Below are positions 40,424-51,136 of a stretch of 64,000 bases of DNA, piece by piece; positions within the stretch are counted from its first letter, which is position 1, and each line of letters starts with the position of its first letter. The position numbers and the translations under genes are program-made. The stretch comes from an uncultured bacterium (GTDB lineage Bacteria; Bacillota_I; Bacilli_A; RF39; UBA660): the NCBI GenBank assembly GCA_945935525.1, contig CAMERI010000004.1, positions 9,645 through 73,644 on the forward strand. Reading direction: 5' to 3'. The notes beneath the pieces are model-generated. The model saw nothing but the letters and a program-made list of their open reading frames with translations, made no database searches and was not told the origin of the DNA.

Positions 40424-40441
40424 TTTTTTTGTGAGGTAAAA

Positions 40442-40852
40442 ATGAATGAATTAATTTTAAAACAATTAAAACAACTAACACTTAAAGCATTAAAAAAAGA
40501 TGAGGTTCCAGTAGCTTGCATTATTGTTAAAGATTCAAAAATAATTTCTAAAGCATATAATCAAAAAGTTTCAAAAAAAGATCCTACAGCTCACGCTGAA
40601 GTTATAGCAATAAAAAAAGCATGTAAGAAAATTCACTCATGGAATTTAAAAGATTGCAAATTATATGTAACGCTTAAACCATGCAATATGTGTTTGACAA
40701 TAATTAAAGAAGCGAGAATAACAAATGTTGAATATTTAGTTGATAATAATAAGATAGTTAATAATAAAATGATAATAACAAAAAACAATAATCAAGAATA
40801 TGAAGAATATTTTAGTAATATAATTAGCAAATTCTTTAGAAATAAAAGATAG
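40442..40852 (+). CDS. tadA: tRNA adenosine deaminase
   Basis: EVPV, TAHAE, LYVTLKPCNMC. Confidence 0.9.
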   Translation: MNELILKQLKQLTLKALKKDEVPVACIIVKDSKIISKAYNQKVSKKDPTAHAEVIAIKKACKKIHSWNLKDCKLYVTLKPCNMCLTIIKEARITNVEYLVDNNKIVNNKMIITKNNNQEYEEYFSNIISKFFRNKR

Positions 40853-40896
40853 ATAATATATAAATATTTTGATATAATATTCAAAGGAGGTTTATT

Positions 40897-42501
40897 ATGT
40901 CTTACATATCATTATATAGAAAATATAGACCAAAAACATTTTCAGATGTTGTCGGCCAGGAAGTTGTAATAAAAATACTTGAAAATTCAATTTTAACAGG
41001 CAAAATAGGCCATGCATACATTTTTAGTGGACCCAGGGGTACTGGTAAAACTAGTATTGCTAAAATCTTTTCTAAGGCCGTAAATTGCCTTAATAATGAT
41101 ACAGGGGATTTATGTGAAAAATGTAGCGTTTGTTTATCAGACTTTGACGATGAAATTGATATTGTCGAAATAGACGCTGCAAGTAACAATGGAGTAGATG
41201 AAATAAGAGAAATAAGAAACAATGTAAAACTTGCTCCAAATCACTTAAAATATAAAGTATATATAATTGATGAAGTTCATATGTTATCAACAAGTGCATT
41301 TAATGCATTATTAAAAACACTTGAAGAACCACCTTCTAACGTAATATTTATTCTTGCAACTACTGAATTTAATAAAATTCCTGCAACTGTTATTTCTAGA
41401 TGTCAAAAATTTGATTTTAAGAAGCTTACTAACAATCAAATAGAAAATAGATTAAAATATATTTTAGAAAAAGAAAATAAAACTATTAGTCAGGATGTTA
41501 TAGAGTTAATAGCGCAATTAAGCGATGGAGGCATGAGAGACGCTATTAATATGTTAGACCAGTTAATTTCTTTAGATAAAACTAATATTAATATTGATGA
41601 TGTTTATAATCTTATAGGTGATGTTAGTGAAAACAAAATATTTGAATTATTAAAAGAAATAACAAACCAAAATGTTAAAAAAATTCTTGAAATTATTGAT
41701 GAATTATTTACTGAAGGAAAAAATTTTATTAATATTACTAATAGACTACAAACTATAATAAGAAATATAATTATTTATAATAATTCAGACAATTATTTTT
41801 CTAAAGAATATGAACAAAAATTAAATATTTTTGCAAAAATAGATTTAGAAAAATTCATAGAATTATCAAGTCTTTTATTTAAGTTATCTACTGAATTAAA
41901 GAAGACTACAAATCAAAAGGTATTAGTTGAAATATATCTTTTAAAAGCTTCATTGATTTTTGACGAGAAAAAGAAAGAAAATATTGTAGAAACTCAGGAA
42001 ATAGGTAAAAAAAATGATATCAAAAATGATAATAAAAATAGCAAAGAAAATGAAATTAAAATTAACAATTCGTTATATGGTGCAGATAAAACACTCAAAA
42101 ATACTTTCATAAAAGGATACGAAAATATTAAAGAATATTTGTCAAATAAAGAGTACAATTCTGTTGCAAACTTAATGCAAAAAGCAACACCTGAAGTTGT
42201 ATCAGAAAAAAACGTATTATTTAGTTTTAAAAATAATTTTGAAGTTGTATTATTTGAAAAAAATATAAACGAAATTCAAAAACTTATGAAGCAAATTTTT
42301 GATAAAAAATATTCCATAGTAGCTGTTACGATAGATGAATGGAATGATATAAAAAAAGAATATATAAATAATAAAAAAAATGGAATAAAATATGAATATA
42401 TAGAAGAGGCAGTACAATCAGAAAAATCAAAAAAAACGACAATATTAGAAAATACTGTTGAAAATTTATTTGGTGATAGTATTATAAATAATGAAGATTA
42501 G
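40897..42501 (+). CDS. dnaX: DNA polymerase III gamma/tau
   Basis: LYRKYRP, GPRGTGKT, EIDAASN, IDEVHML, SRC. Confidence 0.97.
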   Translation: MSYISLYRKYRPKTFSDVVGQEVVIKILENSILTGKIGHAYIFSGPRGTGKTSIAKIFSKAVNCLNNDTGDLCEKCSVCLSDFDDEIDIVEIDAASNNGVDEIREIRNNVKLAPNHLKYKVYIIDEVHMLSTSAFNALLKTLEEPPSNVIFILATTEFNKIPATVISRCQKFDFKKLTNNQIENRLKYILEKENKTISQDVIELIAQLSDGGMRDAINMLDQLISLDKTNINIDDVYNLIGDVSENKIFELLKEITNQNVKKILEIIDELFTEGKNFINITNRLQTIIRNIIIYNNSDNYFSKEYEQKLNIFAKIDLEKFIELSSLLFKLSTELKKTTNQKVLVEIYLLKASLIFDEKKKENIVETQEIGKKNDIKNDNKNSKENEIKINNSLYGADKTLKNTFIKGYENIKEYLSNKEYNSVANLMQKATPEVVSEKNVLFSFKNNFEVVLFEKNINEIQKLMKQIFDKKYSIVAVTIDEWNDIKKEYINNKKNGIKYEYIEEAVQSEKSKKTTILENTVENLFGDSIINNED

Positions 42502-42517
42502 GAAGGAATGATATAAA

Positions 42518-42811
42518 ATGAATATGCAAAGTATTATGGCTCAAGCCAGAAAGTTACAAGGAGATATAGAAAGAACATCTAAAGAAATAGAAAAAACTGT
42601 TTTCACTTATGAAAATGAGAATATTTTAGTAGAAGCCTTAGGAACTTATGCAATTACTAAAATTCAAATAAAAAATGAAAGTATCTTAGAAGATAAAGAA
42701 ATGCTAGAAGACATTATTTATGTTGCTGTAAATGATGTAATAAATCAAGTAAAGAAGGAAAAAGATAAAAAGTTAGGAAAATATACTAATGGACTTGGAG
42801 GAATTCTTTAG
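42518..42811 (+). CDS. ybaB: YbaB/EbfC nucleoid-associated protein
   Basis: MNMQSIMAQARKLQ, EMLED..AVND; between dnaX and recR. Confidence 0.88.
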   Translation: MNMQSIMAQARKLQGDIERTSKEIEKTVFTYENENILVEALGTYAITKIQIKNESILEDKEMLEDIIYVAVNDVINQVKKEKDKKLGKYTNGLGGIL

Positions 42812-42813
42812 AA

Positions 42814-43422
42814 ATGGCACTCCCAAGAGTTTTCACTGATTTAGTTAACAATTTGACATTATTTCCAGGAGTGGGTGAAAAAACAGCTGAAAGATATGTT
42901 TATTCTTTGTGTGATAAAGAACCTGAAGAAGTTGAAAATCTTGCAAATGCTCTAATTGACTTTAAAAAAAATATAAGATATTGTGAAGTATGCGGATGTT
43001 TAACTGATACAGACTTGTGTGATATTTGCTCAGATAAGAATCGTGATAAAAGTACAATTTGTGTGGTTGAAGACTCAAAAAATGTATTTTTTATAGAAAA
43101 AACAAAAAAATATAATGGCCTTTATCATGTTCTTAATGGTGTAATATCACCCATAGAGGGAAAAAATCCAGAAGATTTAAATCTTTATAGTTTATTAAAT
43201 AATAGAATAACTAAAGATGTAAAAGAAGTAATAATTGCTTTAAATCCTTCAATCGAGGGAGAGGTAACATCTTTATATATCCAAAAAGTGTTGGAAAAAT
43301 ACAATGTTAAAGTATCTAGACTTTCATATGGTATACCAATGGGATCTGATATAGAATATTTAGATCCAATAATGATATCAAAAGCATGGGATGATAGAAA
43401 AGTAATATCAAATGAAAAATAA
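42814..43422 (+). CDS. recR: Recombination mediator RecR
   Basis: PGVGEKTAER, C4 zinc finger, EGEVT, YGIPMG. Confidence 0.97.
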   Translation: MALPRVFTDLVNNLTLFPGVGEKTAERYVYSLCDKEPEEVENLANALIDFKKNIRYCEVCGCLTDTDLCDICSDKNRDKSTICVVEDSKNVFFIEKTKKYNGLYHVLNGVISPIEGKNPEDLNLYSLLNNRITKDVKEVIIALNPSIEGEVTSLYIQKVLEKYNVKVSRLSYGIPMGSDIEYLDPIMISKAWDDRKVISNEK

Positions 43423-43433
43423 TCATAAAATTT

Positions 43434-43619
43434 ATGGATATTATGATTATAATGGTTATAAAGAAAATTGTTTATGCATTATGTCTTTTATACACAGTAA
43501 ATATATTTGTAAGCAAAAGAGGAAAAATAATTCCAATAAATATATATACAATAATATTAGTTACAATATTTGGATTTTTAGCTATTTTATCACTAATTTA
43601 TCTTAAATATTATTGTTAA
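43434..43619 (+). CDS. bofA: BofA-like pro-sigmaK processing inhibitor (short)
   Basis: Two TMs with N...IPIN..T..FG pattern; position after recR; start uncertain. Confidence 0.65.
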   Translation: MDIMIIMVIKKIVYALCLLYTVNIFVSKRGKIIPINIYTIILVTIFGFLAILSLIYLKYYC

Positions 43620-43629
43620 GGAGTAGTAA

Positions 43630-44430
43630 TTGAATATAGTAGAATATTTTGAAAAACTTAATGAAGAAGACAAGCTAACACAAGCATTTCTTATAGGAAA
43701 TGTTCTTTTTGATGATATCAAAAATGAAATAAATGAAGTTCTACAAAAATATATTTTTAATAATAATATAGATAATTTAAAAGATAACCCAGATGTGTAT
43801 ATATTAAAACAAGATGAAACAAATATAACTAAAGATATAATAAAGGACTTATTAAACAAGTTATCTACAACGTCACAATTTAACAATAAAAAAGTATATA
43901 TAATAGATAAAACAGAGTATTTATCTGATACAATATTTAATGCAATACTAAAAACACTTGAAGAACCTAAAGAAGGAATTTATGCAATTTTAATATCAAA
44001 TAATATAGATGCAGTAAAGCCAACAATAATCAGTAGATGTCAAAAAATATTCTTAACATCATCTTCTGATAAATTAGAATTCACAGAAGAATTAGAAGAA
44101 ATAACAACTGATTTAATAAATTCTATTGAAGAAAATGGTCCTAAAACTATTGCAAAAAATTATAAAATGTATAATATAATAAATGATAGAGATAAATTTA
44201 TTCAGGTTTTAAAGACAATGATGAATGAATACCATAAAGTATTAAAATCAATTATTGAAGAAAAAGAAGAAGAATTTTTAAATAAAAAAATACTTGAAAA
44301 TAATAATTTAAGTAGTATTTTAAATAAAATGCTGGTAATTGATAATACAATAAATTTAATGCAAAATTATTTAAATAAAAATTTAAGTATTGATAGATTT
44401 ATTATAGAAATGTGGAGATGTAATATATGA
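43630..44430 (+). CDS. holB: DNA polymerase III delta' subunit (reduced)
   Basis: NPDV, NAILKTLEEP, PTIISRC; synteny. Confidence 0.88.
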   Translation: MNIVEYFEKLNEEDKLTQAFLIGNVLFDDIKNEINEVLQKYIFNNNIDNLKDNPDVYILKQDETNITKDIIKDLLNKLSTTSQFNNKKVYIIDKTEYLSDTIFNAILKTLEEPKEGIYAILISNNIDAVKPTIISRCQKIFLTSSSDKLEFTEELEEITTDLINSIEENGPKTIAKNYKMYNIINDRDKFIQVLKTMMNEYHKVLKSIIEEKEEEFLNKKILENNNLSSILNKMLVIDNTINLMQNYLNKNLSIDRFIIEMWRCNI

Positions 44431-45236
44431 AATGTGTAGGAGTAGAATTTAAATCAGGTGGAAAGCAATATACTTTTTTTGATAATGATATAGATATAAA
44501 TTGTGAAGATTATGTAATTGTTGAAACTGAAAGAGGACAACAATTTGGAAAAGTATGTACACTTCTTGGAGAATTAAACGATGGAAAAGAACACACAAAA
44601 GTTATTCAAATAGCTAAAAGCAAAGAAATAAAGCAAAATGAGTCAAACATAAAGGATGCACAAAAAGCACTTGAAAAGGCTCAAGAACTAGCAGAAAAAC
44701 TATCACTTGAAATGAAGTTTTTAGATGCATACTTCACATTTGATAGAAAACAGCTTGTATTTCAATTCTTAGCAGATAATAGGGTGGATTTTAGGGAACT
44801 TGCTAAATCCTTAGCTGCAATCTATAAAACTCGTATAGAGTTAAGACAAGTAGGAGTAAGAGATAAAGCAAAAGAAATTTCAGGAATAGGTCAATGTGGA
44901 AGAAAAATATGCTGTTCAAGTTTTCTAAGTGATCTTGATTCAGTTGGTATAGCACAAGTTAAAAATCAAAACTTAGCCTTAAATCCAAGTAAAATTAATG
45001 GTTTATGTGGTAGATTATTATGCTGTTTAAAATATGAAGATGATTTATATACTGAATTTAGAAAAGATTTGCCTGAAGTAGGAGACAAAATTAAACACGA
45101 AAATGAAGATGTAGTGGTTATAAATGTTGACATTCCAAATAGAAAGTATACAATATTAGGCGAATCAGGAACAAAAGAAGAGATTGTTGTTCCATTGAAA
45201 TGTAGTGGTAAATGTGGGAAAAATAGAAATAAATGA
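44427..45236 (+). CDS. ricT: PSP1-domain protein RicT/YaaT
   Basis: RVDFRELAK, RIELRQVGVRD, GQCGRKICC, GLCGRLLCCLKYE. Confidence 0.93.
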   Translation: MKCVGVEFKSGGKQYTFFDNDIDINCEDYVIVETERGQQFGKVCTLLGELNDGKEHTKVIQIAKSKEIKQNESNIKDAQKALEKAQELAEKLSLEMKFLDAYFTFDRKQLVFQFLADNRVDFRELAKSLAAIYKTRIELRQVGVRDKAKEISGIGQCGRKICCSSFLSDLDSVGIAQVKNQNLALNPSKINGLCGRLLCCLKYEDDLYTEFRKDLPEVGDKIKHENEDVVVINVDIPNRKYTILGESGTKEEIVVPLKCSGKCGKNRNK

Positions 45237-45942
45237 TTTAGTATATTTTAAAGATATTAAAATAGTTCAGAATAAAGACTATTTTAATTTTAGTTTAGAT
45301 TCAGTTTTATTACCAAATTTTGTAGAGATAACTAAAAAAACAAGTAAAATACTAGATATGTGTACTGGAAATGCACCAATACCACTTATTTTATCAACAA
45401 AAACAACTGCAAAAATATATGCGATCGAACTACAAAAAGAAGTATATTCTTTAGCCGAAGAAACAATAAAAATAAACAAACTTGAAAATCAAATAAAACT
45501 TATAAATGACAATATAAAGAATTTAAAGAAATTTTTCAATACTGAGACATTTGATATAATTACTTGTAATCCTCCATATTTTAAGAAAAAAGATGGAAGC
45601 ATTATTAATGAAAATAAAGTTAAATCAATCGCAAGACACGAGATAGAGATGGAACTAGAAGATGTGATGATAATAAGCAAAGCATTATTAAAGAATGAAG
45701 GATCGCTAGTATTGGTTCATAGAACTGAAAGACTAATTGAAATAATAGAGTTAATGAAAAAACATAATATTGAACCAAAAAGAATGAGATTGATATATCC
45801 TAAAGTTAATACTGAATCTAATCTCGTATTAATAGATGGAAGAAAAAATGGAAAAGATGGATTAAAAATATTACCTCCATTATATATTCATAATGAAGAT
45901 AATAGTTACACTAAAGAGGTATTAGAAATGTTTGGGAAGTGA
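45205..45942 (+). CDS. tRNA1(Val) A37 N6-methyltransferase (YabB/TrmN6-like)
   Basis: FSLDSVLL, DMCTGN, CNPPYF, ARHE. Confidence 0.9.
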   Translation: MVNVGKIEINDLVYFKDIKIVQNKDYFNFSLDSVLLPNFVEITKKTSKILDMCTGNAPIPLILSTKTTAKIYAIELQKEVYSLAEETIKINKLENQIKLINDNIKNLKKFFNTETFDIITCNPPYFKKKDGSIINENKVKSIARHEIEMELEDVMIISKALLKNEGSLVLVHRTERLIEIIELMKKHNIEPKRMRLIYPKVNTESNLVLIDGRKNGKDGLKILPPLYIHNEDNSYTKEVLEMFGK

Positions 45943-45946
45943 TAAA

Positions 45947-46783
45947 ATGATACAAAAAAGTTATGAAAAAAGTCCATATGGAAAATTATATTTAATACCA
46001 ACACCTATTGGTAATTTAGAAGACATAACTTTAAGAGCAATAAATACATTGAAAGAAGTAGACATTGTTTATGCAGAAGATACAAGAGAAACTTTAAATT
46101 TATTAAAATATTTAAATATACAAAAGAAGATTGAATCTTGTCATAAATATACCGAAATGATGCATAAAGATAAAATTGTTAACATCTTAAAAGATGGGAA
46201 AAATATTGGATATGTAACAGATAGAGGTACACCTCTTATAAGTGACCCAGGAAACGTAATAGTAGATGAAGTTATAAAAGAAGGCATTACAGTAATAGCA
46301 CTTCCAGGACCAAATGCACTTTTACCCGCAATCAACATGTCAGGAATAAGTAATGAAAGATTTCTTTTTTATGGATTTTTAAATAGTAAGCAAACACTAG
46401 CTAGAAAAGAACTTATTAATTTAAAAGAAATAAAACAAACACTTATATTTTATGAGGCACCTCATAGAATAAAGAACACATTAGAATTATTAAAAGATGT
46501 ACTAGGAGATAGAAAAATTGCAATTGTAAGAGAAATATCAAAATTATACGAAGAAGTAATAAGAGACAATATTAGTAATATTTTAAAAATATGTGATAAA
46601 ATAAAAGGTGAAATGGTAATTGTAGTAGAAGGATACAAAGAAGTAGAACAAGAAATAAATTATCAAGAAGCTATCAACAAATTAATAGAAAAAGGATATT
46701 CAAAAAGAGATGCCATCAAAGAAGTATCAGATAGATACAATGTTAGTAAAAATAAACTTTATAATGAATATAAGGAGGACTAA
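45947..46783 (+). CDS. rsmI: 16S rRNA Cm1402 methyltransferase
   Basis: PTPIGNLEDIT, AEDTR, GTPLISDPG, YEAPHR. Confidence 0.96.
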   Translation: MIQKSYEKSPYGKLYLIPTPIGNLEDITLRAINTLKEVDIVYAEDTRETLNLLKYLNIQKKIESCHKYTEMMHKDKIVNILKDGKNIGYVTDRGTPLISDPGNVIVDEVIKEGITVIALPGPNALLPAINMSGISNERFLFYGFLNSKQTLARKELINLKEIKQTLIFYEAPHRIKNTLELLKDVLGDRKIAIVREISKLYEEVIRDNISNILKICDKIKGEMVIVVEGYKEVEQEINYQEAINKLIEKGYSKRDAIKEVSDRYNVSKNKLYNEYKED

Positions 46784-47347
46784 ATGAAACTAATCGTAGG
46801 ACTCGGAAACCCAGAAAAAAGATATGAAAAAACAAGACATAATTGTGGATTTCGAGCAATAGACTATTATGCTAAAAAAAATAATCTAACATTTAAATCT
46901 AAATTTAAAGGACTTTATTGTGAACAAGTTGTTAACAATGAAAAAATAATTCTTTTAAAGCCTCAAACTTATATGAATTTATCCGGAGAATCAGTACGTG
47001 AGATAGTAAAATTCTATAATATTGATATAAACGATATATTAGTCATCTATGATGATGTTGATTTTGAAGTTGGAACATTCAAAATAAGAAGAGGAGGAAG
47101 CTCCGGAGGACACAATGGTATTAGAAATATAATAGATAACCTAAAAACAGAGAATATAGGGAGAGTTAGAATAGGTATATCTAAAAATGAAATACCATTA
47201 ATGGACTACGTTCTTGGAAAATTCACTCCAGAAGAAGATAAAAAAATAGAATCTATTCTTCCACAAGTTGCTAATATTATAAATGACTTTTCAAATCATA
47301 ATATCGACGAATTAATGGAAAAATATAATAGGAATAAAAATGAGTAA
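46784..47347 (+). CDS. pth: Peptidyl-tRNA hydrolase
   Basis: GLGNP, TRHN, KPQTYMNLSG, GGHNG. Confidence 0.97.
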   Translation: MKLIVGLGNPEKRYEKTRHNCGFRAIDYYAKKNNLTFKSKFKGLYCEQVVNNEKIILLKPQTYMNLSGESVREIVKFYNIDINDILVIYDDVDFEVGTFKIRRGGSSGGHNGIRNIIDNLKTENIGRVRIGISKNEIPLMDYVLGKFTPEEDKKIESILPQVANIINDFSNHNIDELMEKYNRNKNE

Positions 47348-50300
47348 TAATTTATATAAAGAATTATTTGATTTTAATATTGATACTACTAAAAGAATAT
47401 CAGTTACTAAGAATGAAATATATAACCAATTATTGTTATATATCTTTTTAACATCAAAAAAAAATTTACTTTTAGTTCTTCCAACATTAAACGAAGCAAC
47501 TGAAGTATATAATGAACTTAAAAACTATCTAGATGAAGTATATCTATTCCCAGAAGATGATATTATGACTAAAACAGCTATAGCAAGCTCACCGGAACTT
47601 CTATTTATGAGAGCAAATATTCTAAATAAATTTAATGATAACAAGGCAAAAATAGTTATAGTTCACCTAAATAGTTTTATAAAAAAATTACCTAACAAAG
47701 ACGTATTTATAAAGAATAAGATAAATCTATCAAAAGGGACAAAAATCAACAGAGATGACCTTATAAAGAAACTAACTGAAATAGGTTACAAAAGAGAAAG
47801 TATGGTTTATGATACATCTGACTTTTCAGTTAGAGGTTTTGTTGTAGATGTTTATCCAATTAATGAAGAAAATCCAATTAGAATAGAATTTTTTGATGAT
47901 GAAATAGAAAAAATTAAACATTTCGAAGTAGTGACTCAAAAATCAGTAGATGAACTAGATACTATAGAAATTCAATCTATAAAAGATGACTTTGGAGATA
48001 ATACTTCATCAATAAGAGAATACATTGAAGACGGAAAAGTAGTTTTCAGCAATTATAATCAACTTTTAAATCAAGAAAAAATGATCCAGCCACAACTAAA
48101 ATATTTAGAAATAGAAAATTCTGTTTATAAAGTAAAAGATTTAACAAACAAAGATGATATATTCTTAGATACAATAAATAACAAGAATAGTGACTTAGAC
48201 ATAGAAGCAAAATCTATCGCAAACTATGAAAATAATAAAGAAGCATTTACTAAAGCAATAGAAAAATGCAATGGAACACTATATACAACTAACAAATTAT
48301 TAACAAAAGAAATCAAAAAACTAGACAAAAACATAAAAATAGTGAATAACACATTAAATCATGGATTTGTGTATAAAAATAATTATTATTTCTCAGAATT
48401 TGATTTATATGGACGTAAAAATAAGCAGGAATTGACACGTGATAAGTCACTTGGAACAAAAATAATGTCAATTGACGCTATAAAACCAGGAGATTATGTA
48501 GTACATAGAAAATCAGGTATTGGTATCTATATGGGTATTACAACTATTGAAAAGAAAGGTCTAAAAAAAGATTACCTACTTATTCAATATAAAGGTAATG
48601 ATAAACTTTATATGCCAGTAGAAGACATATCAAAACTATATAAATATTCCGCTAAAGAGGGTGCTAAACCAACTATTAACAAACTAAATAGTGTTGAATG
48701 GACAAAAACAAAACTTAGAATTAAGGAAAGAATCAAAAGTATTACTGGAGAACTTCTTAAAATATATCAAGAAAGAAACAAAGCGACAATCGAACCATTC
48801 AAAAAAGACGATGAAGAACAAGAAATATTTGAGTCAGAATTTGAATATGAAGAAACGGTTGATCAATTAAAAGCAGCTAATGATATAAAAAAAGATTTAG
48901 AAAAGCCACGTCCAATGGAAAGACTACTTTGTGGCGATGTAGGTTATGGAAAAACAGAAGTAATCTTTAGAGCAATGTTCAAAACAGTAGAAAATGGTAA
49001 ACAAGTATCATACCTATGTCCAACAACATTACTTTCTCATCAACAATATGATTCAGCTTTAGAAAGATTTAAAAATCATGGAATTAATATTGATTTGATT
49101 AATAGACATTTTACTAACAAACAAGTTCAAGAAAAAATAAAAAGACTAAAAGAAGGTAAAACAGATATTATATTTGGTACTCATAGACTTCTTAGTTCAG
49201 ATGTTGAATACAAAGATCTAGGCCTTTTAGTTATAGATGAAGAACATAGATTTGGTGTAGAACAAAAAGAGAAAATTAAAAAATTAAAATCAAATGTACA
49301 TGTTCTTTCAGTATCCGCAACACCAATCCCAAGATCGCTTCAAATGTCACTTGTTGGTATTAGAGATTTAAGTTTAATAGAAAGTGCCCCTAAAAATAGA
49401 TATCCAGTTCAAACATACGTAATTGAATACAACGAAATGCTTATAAGAGAAGCAATTCTAAAAGAAATGTCTAGAAAAGGACAAGCATTTATTCTTTATA
49501 ATAATATTACTAACATGGAAACACTAGTTTCAAAATATAAAAGACTTATTCCCGAAGCTAGAATCTGCTATGCACATGGAAAAATGACTAAGAATGAAAT
49601 GCAAGATATAATTTATGACTTTACTAACAAAGAATATGATGTATTAGTAAGTACAACTATTATAGAAAATGGAATAGATATACCAAATGCTAACACAATA
49701 ATTGTTATTGACAGTGATAGATTTGGGCTTAGTCAACTTTATCAAATAAGAGGAAGAGTTGGTAGAGGAGACAAAATTGCATACGCATACCTAATGTACA
49801 AGAAAGAAAAAGTACTAAATCCAACTGCATTAAAAAGACTTGAAGCGATAAAAGAATTTACTGAACTAGGCAGTGGATACAAAATATCAATGAGAGACTT
49901 GGCTATAAGAGGTGCAGGCGATATATTAGGTAAAGAACAGGCAGGATTCATAGATTCAGTTGGTGTTAATATGTACTTAGACTTAATCAATGAAGAAGTT
50001 AATGGAATCAAAGTAGATGAAGATGAAGAAAAAGAGCCTACTATGATAGATGTCGCAACTCACATTGGAAAAGAATATACAGATGAAAGCGAAATAGTAA
50101 TAGAACTACATAAAAAGATAAATGGCATAACAAACAAAAAAGAATTAAAAGAAGTATTATCAGAAATAAGAGATAGATTTGGAATGACTAATCATGAACT
50201 AGAACTTTATGCTCATGAAAAATACTTAGAAAAACTTTTAATTATTACTGGAGTAAAAATACTAGAAAATGATAACTTAAAAGTAGTTCTAAAACTTAAA

Positions 50301-50492
50301 AAAGAAATTTACGAATCAATTAGCGTAGAAAAACTATTTATTGAATCAACTAAAATAACTACAAAATTTAACTTTTCATATAAAGCAGGTTCAATACTAG
50401 TAACTCTTCTAAAAGCAACTTTAGAAAAAGATTATATCTATTATTTAGAAGAACTTTTAGAAGTAATATATAACTTAAAATTTAAAGTATAA
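47340..50492 (+). CDS. mfd: Transcription-repair coupling factor
   Basis: CGDVGYGKT, DEEHRFG, SATPIPR, QIRGRVGR, DLAIRGAG. Confidence 0.96.
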   Translation: MSNNLYKELFDFNIDTTKRISVTKNEIYNQLLLYIFLTSKKNLLLVLPTLNEATEVYNELKNYLDEVYLFPEDDIMTKTAIASSPELLFMRANILNKFNDNKAKIVIVHLNSFIKKLPNKDVFIKNKINLSKGTKINRDDLIKKLTEIGYKRESMVYDTSDFSVRGFVVDVYPINEENPIRIEFFDDEIEKIKHFEVVTQKSVDELDTIEIQSIKDDFGDNTSSIREYIEDGKVVFSNYNQLLNQEKMIQPQLKYLEIENSVYKVKDLTNKDDIFLDTINNKNSDLDIEAKSIANYENNKEAFTKAIEKCNGTLYTTNKLLTKEIKKLDKNIKIVNNTLNHGFVYKNNYYFSEFDLYGRKNKQELTRDKSLGTKIMSIDAIKPGDYVVHRKSGIGIYMGITTIEKKGLKKDYLLIQYKGNDKLYMPVEDISKLYKYSAKEGAKPTINKLNSVEWTKTKLRIKERIKSITGELLKIYQERNKATIEPFKKDDEEQEIFESEFEYEETVDQLKAANDIKKDLEKPRPMERLLCGDVGYGKTEVIFRAMFKTVENGKQVSYLCPTTLLSHQQYDSALERFKNHGINIDLINRHFTNKQVQEKIKRLKEGKTDIIFGTHRLLSSDVEYKDLGLLVIDEEHRFGVEQKEKIKKLKSNVHVLSVSATPIPRSLQMSLVGIRDLSLIESAPKNRYPVQTYVIEYNEMLIREAILKEMSRKGQAFILYNNITNMETLVSKYKRLIPEARICYAHGKMTKNEMQDIIYDFTNKEYDVLVSTTIIENGIDIPNANTIIVIDSDRFGLSQLYQIRGRVGRGDKIAYAYLMYKKEKVLNPTALKRLEAIKEFTELGSGYKISMRDLAIRGAGDILGKEQAGFIDSVGVNMYLDLINEEVNGIKVDEDEEKEPTMIDVATHIGKEYTDESEIVIELHKKINGITNKKELKEVLSEIRDRFGMTNHELELYAHEKYLEKLLIITGVKILENDNLKVVLKLKKEIYESISVEKLFIESTKITTKFNFSYKAGSILVTLLKATLEKDYIYYLEELLEVIYNLKFKV

Positions 50493-50531
50493 AATAATTA
50501 ATTAAATTCAAACTATTACTAGGGTGATTAC

Positions 50532-51029
50532 ATGAAACCAACTGGTATAGTAAGAAAAATAGATGAATTAGGAAGAATTGTACTTCCTAAAGAACTAAGA
50601 AAATGTCTAAACATTAACACAGGAGATGACTTTCAAATAAGACTTGAAGATGAAAAAATAATACTAGAAAAATACTCTTACTTAAAAAAATATGAACAAG
50701 AAATAAAAAGTATTATTAACTGTTTTATAAGTGAAACATCTTATGACATTAGCTTAGTAATCAATAGTAAAATAATAAATAAAAATAATGAAACAATAGA
50801 TCAAAAACTAGATAGACTAATTCAAGAAAGAAAAATCTACGAATGTAAAAATATAGAAGAATTACACTTAAATAATAATTTAGTCATTGAAGGAAGATAC
50901 ATTATACTTCCAATAGTGGTAAATAGTGACTTACTAGGTTCCTTAATAATAGTCAGTAAAGACAACATAATTAACATGGAAAAAACATCAAAACTTCTAT
51001 TAAAACTCATAAAGTCTAAATTTGAATAA
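50532..51029 (+). CDS. spoVT: SpoVT-like regulator (AbrB domain plus GAF-like C-terminus)
   Basis: MKPTGIVRKIDELGRIVLPKE, PIVVNSDLLG; follows mfd; sigma-G-like promoter. Confidence 0.8.
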   Translation: MKPTGIVRKIDELGRIVLPKELRKCLNINTGDDFQIRLEDEKIILEKYSYLKKYEQEIKSIINCFISETSYDISLVINSKIINKNNETIDQKLDRLIQERKIYECKNIEELHLNNNLVIEGRYIILPIVVNSDLLGSLIIVSKDNIINMEKTSKLLLKLIKSKFE

Positions 51030-51136
51030 ATGTCAAATATTCTATAATTATGTCTAACTAGTTGAAAATAAAAAAATAAAAGTGATAATATAAATATGTA
51101 TAGTTAAAAAAATATAGAATGTTTGGTGATAAAAAA

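Noticed and set aside
40418-40441. Upstream extension of the tadA ORF
   Set aside because: Overlaps the SRP RNA 3' end; the GAGG RBS supports ATG at 40442
43412-43606. Alternative-frame 64-aa ORF after recR
   Set aside because: The overlapping frame 43434-43619 fits BofA in motif and synteny
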